From a virus (Duplodnaviria; Caudoviricetes), in IMG/VR virus record IMGVR_UViG_3300025528_000008, positions 1 through 59,405 of that record: a stretch of 59,405 nucleotides of DNA. The stretch is one strand, 5' to 3'. Made by a program: the position numbers and the translations under genes. Under the pieces are notes generated by a model. That model was given only the letters and a program-made list of their open reading frames with translations. It did no database searches and had not been told where the DNA came from. Numbering within the stretch: the first letter of the stretch is position 1; every line of letters starts with the position of its first letter. Positions 55,936-59,405 of this stretch are shown here, piece after piece.

Positions 55936-56874
55936 GTGCCACTCATCATCCGGCAGTTGACGCGGACCGGGTGGCGTGACCTGGGTGCGCCGCCACCATC
56001 GCCCACGCAGACGATGCTGGTGGGTGCGACCTGCTACCACCCGCCGCTGTCGGCAAAGAACTCCTGGACCCAGGTCCTGGAGCCGCAGGTAGGCCCGTTG
56101 ACGATCCGCCGCAGTTTCGAATCCGAGGCGACTGGGGTTCCCGCATCATGGGCGGCCAGTGAAGCAAGCATCGATGTCGGAAAGCGCGCCTCAGCGCATT
56201 CCATCCGCCCACCGGTGACGGAGTTCAACACCGGCGCCTACGACACCAAGCTGCGGAACTTTCTGCGCAGCATTCCCGACGACGGCTACCCGAAATTTCT
56301 GATCGGCTGGCACGAGGCCGACAGCAAGGTACGCCGCGGCAACTACACCAGGGTCCAGTTCATCAACGCGTTCAAACGCTTCGCCGACATCGTCCACGAA
56401 GAGGGCGTGCCGAACACCTACACGGCGGTGTGCTACACCGACTGGCTGTTTAACGATCCGAACAAGGTCGCCGGGCAGCCGGAGCAGTACTGGATCGAGG
56501 GTGGCTACATCGACGTGTGGACGATGGACGGCTACCAGTACACCGGGCCTGAGCTCTTCGGCAAGGCTGTGCAGTTCTGCCGGGAGCGGAATGTCCCCTG
56601 GGCTGTCGCTGAGACCGGGAAGACCGACAACGCCAGTGACACATCCATCAAAGCGCAGTGGATTTTGGACATGGCCGACTACTGCGCCTCCCAGGGGTCC
56701 GGGGGATGGCCTTCTGCGGTGTTCATGTGCTGGTTCGATTCCGCTGTCGGCTTCGATGAGTCCGAGGCGCATCTGGCGTATACGCCGACCAGCAGCCCGG
56801 CGAGCATCGCGGCGGCCAACCAGGTCTGCCAGACCTACTACCGCGACCCCAAAACTGTGATCCTGGGAGGCTGA
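55936..56874 (+). CDS. GH26/clan GH-A-like glycoside hydrolase fold protein
   Basis: GWHEAD, DVWTMDGY, WAVAETG (two catalytic-type Glu). Confidence 0.6.
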   Translation: MPLIIRQLTRTGWRDLGAPPPSPTQTMLVGATCYHPPLSAKNSWTQVLEPQVGPLTIRRSFESEATGVPASWAASEASIDVGKRASAHSIRPPVTEFNTGAYDTKLRNFLRSIPDDGYPKFLIGWHEADSKVRRGNYTRVQFINAFKRFADIVHEEGVPNTYTAVCYTDWLFNDPNKVAGQPEQYWIEGGYIDVWTMDGYQYTGPELFGKAVQFCRERNVPWAVAETGKTDNASDTSIKAQWILDMADYCASQGSGGWPSAVFMCWFDSAVGFDESEAHLAYTPTSSPASIAAANQVCQTYYRDPKTVILGG

Positions 56875-56876
56875 TC

Positions 56877-57938
56877 GTGGCAATCGCATTCCGCGCGGCG
56901 GCGTCCGGCTCCGGCGGCAACCGGGTTGATGTGACCGTGCCCGCCACGGTCCAATCCGGTGACGTCTTGCTGCTCATGGCGTATGTCAACGTCGATTGCG
57001 TCATCACCGGACCGTCCGGGTGGACCGTGGTCTCAGCGCAGGAGCAGGCCGAGGAGGGCGGTATCACCGCCGCGGTCTACCGGAGAGTCGCGCAGGCAGG
57101 GGATGCCTCCAGCACCGTGTCCATCGCCAACGACGGCGCTGCCGGCGTCAAAGCAGGGGCGGTGCTGGCCGCCTATTCGGGCGCGGACACGGTGGATCCG
57201 GTGCACGCGGTCAACTCCCGGCTGGACACCGGCGGCACCAACACGATCCCTACTCCGCAGGTGACGACCACGGCGGACGGCTGCTGGATCGTAGAGATGT
57301 GCACGACCAAGTCGTCCAACACCACGGAGTTCTCCGGCTTCCCTGCCGGGTCGACGTCGAGAGTGACGCTGATCGGCACTGGCGGCGGCCACCCGGACGG
57401 CGCAGTCGCCGACCGCGGCCCGGTCTCCCCGGGCACCTACGGTGGCGGCAACTTCACCCAGGACGCCAACCAGAGCAGCGCGATCACCTACACGATCGCG
57501 CTGCAGCCGAGGGCCTCCCAGCAGACGCTGCGTCCCGTGTCCGACGTGACGGTCGGGTCGTACACCGCGGTGCCCGCCCCCGGCGCCGGCGTGCCTCTGG
57601 CCTCCCGGATCGGTGAGGTCGTCCGGGACGACAACACCTACATCCAAACCCCCAACGCGCCGTCGAATGAGGTGTACGAGTGCCGCCTGGCGGCCGGGCT
57701 GGATCCTCAGAGCAGCAGCGACCACACGGTGACGGTGGTGCTGTCCACCGCCGGCGGGGCCACCAGCTCTTCGTGCACGGTGGCGCTGGTGGAGGGCAAC
57801 ACGGTCATCGCCAGTGACACTTTCACCGACATCCCCTCCACCCCGACCGTCTACACGTTCACGCTGGATGGGGTGGACGCCGATGCGATCACCGACTACA
57901 CCGACCTGCGGTTGCGGTTCACCTGGACGGTGAGCTGA
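56877..57938 (+). CDS. minor tail / fibre protein
   Basis: beta-rich; VPATVQSGDVLL..PSGWT; ITDYTDLRLR. Confidence 0.65.
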   Translation: MAIAFRAAASGSGGNRVDVTVPATVQSGDVLLLMAYVNVDCVITGPSGWTVVSAQEQAEEGGITAAVYRRVAQAGDASSTVSIANDGAAGVKAGAVLAAYSGADTVDPVHAVNSRLDTGGTNTIPTPQVTTTADGCWIVEMCTTKSSNTTEFSGFPAGSTSRVTLIGTGGGHPDGAVADRGPVSPGTYGGGNFTQDANQSSAITYTIALQPRASQQTLRPVSDVTVGSYTAVPAPGAGVPLASRIGEVVRDDNTYIQTPNAPSNEVYECRLAAGLDPQSSSDHTVTVVLSTAGGATSSSCTVALVEGNTVIASDTFTDIPSTPTVYTFTLDGVDADAITDYTDLRLRFTWTVS

Positions 57939-57939
57939 C

Positions 57940-58230
57940 GTGGCGACGGGGCTCATCCACTACGCCGACTTCGGTACTCCTCCCGCGACGCGGGGCCGGG
58001 TCCACTATGGGCGGCTGGATCTGCCCGAGCTGCTGGTGGGGCGTATCCATTACGCCACGTTCCAGGTCGGTGCTGCTCCTACCGGTTCGGGGCGTATCCA
58101 CTATGCGCTGTTTGCGGCGCCGGCCGCCCCGGATGCGGTGGCCCCGTCGGGGATCAAGCAGTTCACCAGCAGTGAGGCGTGGCGGGACGTGGCGCCCTAC
58201 CAGCGCGCCATCGCAGGGGAGTGGGTCTGA
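57940..58230 (+). CDS. small protein with four G(R/L)(I/V)HY repeats
   Basis: GLIHY, GRVHY, GRIHY, GRIHY. Confidence 0.55.
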   Translation: MATGLIHYADFGTPPATRGRVHYGRLDLPELLVGRIHYATFQVGAAPTGSGRIHYALFAAPAAPDAVAPSGIKQFTSSEAWRDVAPYQRAIAGEWV

Positions 58231-58334
58231 CTACTCGCCTGGCGAGGGCGGTGTTTGTGTTTTCCGGCCAGATGGAGCTGGCCGTATCGGGACAGCAGGA
58301 AAGACCGGGGCACCAGAGAAGGAAAGGTGATCCC

Positions 58335-58619
58335 TTGTGGCGTGGTCCCGCATGGTTGACGGTGGTCAGGGACGTCCTGTTCCTGCTCATCGGCTCAGCA
58401 GGAGTGGTGTGGCAGGGGTTCGTCGTCCCGCGACCCTCGGTTCCGCTGATCGGGGTGTTCGCCCTGATGATGGCAGGACCGGGGATTTTTGCGGCCTGGT
58501 GGATGATCGGGCAGGGCGGGCAGCCCTTCGGTACCGGGTCGCCATCGCTGCCACCTCAGCAACCGCCGTCACAGCCTCCCTCTACCCACTCTTCCACGCA
58601 CTCCAAAGATCGGGGCTGA
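58335..58619 (+). CDS. membrane protein (holin-like)
   Basis: GAAAGG RBS with TTG start; two TM segments; upstream of endolysin. Confidence 0.5.
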   Translation: MWRGPAWLTVVRDVLFLLIGSAGVVWQGFVVPRPSVPLIGVFALMMAGPGIFAAWWMIGQGGQPFGTGSPSLPPQQPPSQPPSTHSSTHSKDRG

Positions 58620-58620
58620 T

Positions 58621-58884
58621 GTGATGGGGCCGCGAGGACCTCTGACTCCCACGGGGGCGCTGCGTGCACCGTGGGCGGTGCTGATGATCCTGGTCACCGG
58701 TGTGATGATCGCCGTTGGGGGGATCATGTACACCACGCATAACCAGCGGGTGGCTGATCGTCGATGGTGTGAGCTGCTGAGGGCGCTGTCGGATCCGACT
58801 CCACAGCCGGACACCCCCAGAGGCCGGGATCTGCTGAGTGAGTACCGGCGGCTGCACCGCGAGTTCGGGTGTGGTGATCGCTGA
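58621..58884 (+). CDS. membrane protein of lysis cassette
   Basis: one TM segment; RRWCELL..TPRGR..FGC. Confidence 0.6.
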   Translation: MMGPRGPLTPTGALRAPWAVLMILVTGVMIAVGGIMYTTHNQRVADRRWCELLRALSDPTPQPDTPRGRDLLSEYRRLHREFGCGDR

Positions 58885-59405
58885 TGCCGCTGGTGGCCAC
58901 CACATCCCCTGCTGTGTTGTTCGGGGTGGACGTCGCGTCCTGGCAAGGCAAGCCCGACTGGGACAAGGTGCGCGGCGCGGGCATCCGCTTCGCGTTCAGC
59001 AAGGTCACCGAGGGTACCGGCTACACCAACCCCACCTGGGCGCACAACCGTGCCGGGATGCTCGCCCTGGAGGGCTTCGTGCCGGGCGCCTACCACTTCC
59101 TGCGCGCCGACTCCGATGCGGCCGCCCAGGCCCGGCATTTTCACCGCCAGGCCGGGGATCTGAGCGCTTTCGCGGTCGCGCTCGATGTCGAGCCGTCCGA
59201 CACTTCGCGGCCGACTGCAGCACAGGCGAAAGCCTGGGTGGAGGAGTACAAGCGGCTGTCCGGTGGGCATCCGGTGATCGGTTACTTCCCCCGCTGGTAC
59301 TGGGAGCAGATCGGCCGGCCGGACCTGTCGTTCTTCGACACCATCTGGCAGTCCCGCTACGTCAACGGCACCGGCGGCCCCGAGGAGCTGTATGCCAAGG
59401 TCCCG
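58884..59405 (+). CDS. GH25 muramidase endolysin, truncated by window end
   Basis: FGVDVASWQG..FSKVTEGTGY..GAYHF..LDVE. Confidence 0.9.
   Translation, partial: MPLVATTSPAVLFGVDVASWQGKPDWDKVRGAGIRFAFSKVTEGTGYTNPTWAHNRAGMLALEGFVPGAYHFLRADSDAAAQARHFHRQAGDLSAFAVALDVEPSDTSRPTAAQAKAWVEEYKRLSGGHPVIGYFPRWYWEQIGRPDLSFFDTIWQSRYVNGTGGPEELYAKVP

Noticed and set aside
36379-57956. Long minus-strand ORFs (e.g. 36379-38001, 39114-40742, 50012-52189)
   Set aside because: Shadow frames of well-supported + strand genes, expected in high-GC DNA, with no recognisable motifs.
1-59405. cas1/cas2/Cascade, integrase, tRNA, reverse transcriptase (DGR or retron)
   Set aside because: No supporting motifs were found by eye; integration and immunity genes probably lie outside the window.

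Overview
About 59 kb of a high-GC actinomycete siphovirus-type phage or prophage, almost entirely on the + strand. Gene order: early/recombination genes, replication (initiator, DnaC-like loader, DnaB), accessory genes, probable packaging site (~34.65 kb), terminase, portal, capsid, tail, and the start of the lysis cassette (GH25 endolysin, cut off by the window end). No integrase or repressor is visible. The main finding is at 29.3-31.2 kb: a catalytically intact TnpB with no transposase, followed by an omegaRNA-like structured region ending in an inverted copy of a repeat (anti-repeat), a short leader, and a 5-repeat CRISPR mini-array with 61-nt, type I-E-like periodicity. This looks like a phage-borne CRISPR-associated TnpB, i.e. 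a nascent type V system. Also notable: a covarying two-hairpin/pseudoknot leader shared by tnpB and an HNH gene, an orphan DndE, an antisense HEPN-motif gene next to the terminase, and sugar-modification enzymes. Annotations come from manual motif reading; no database searches were run.
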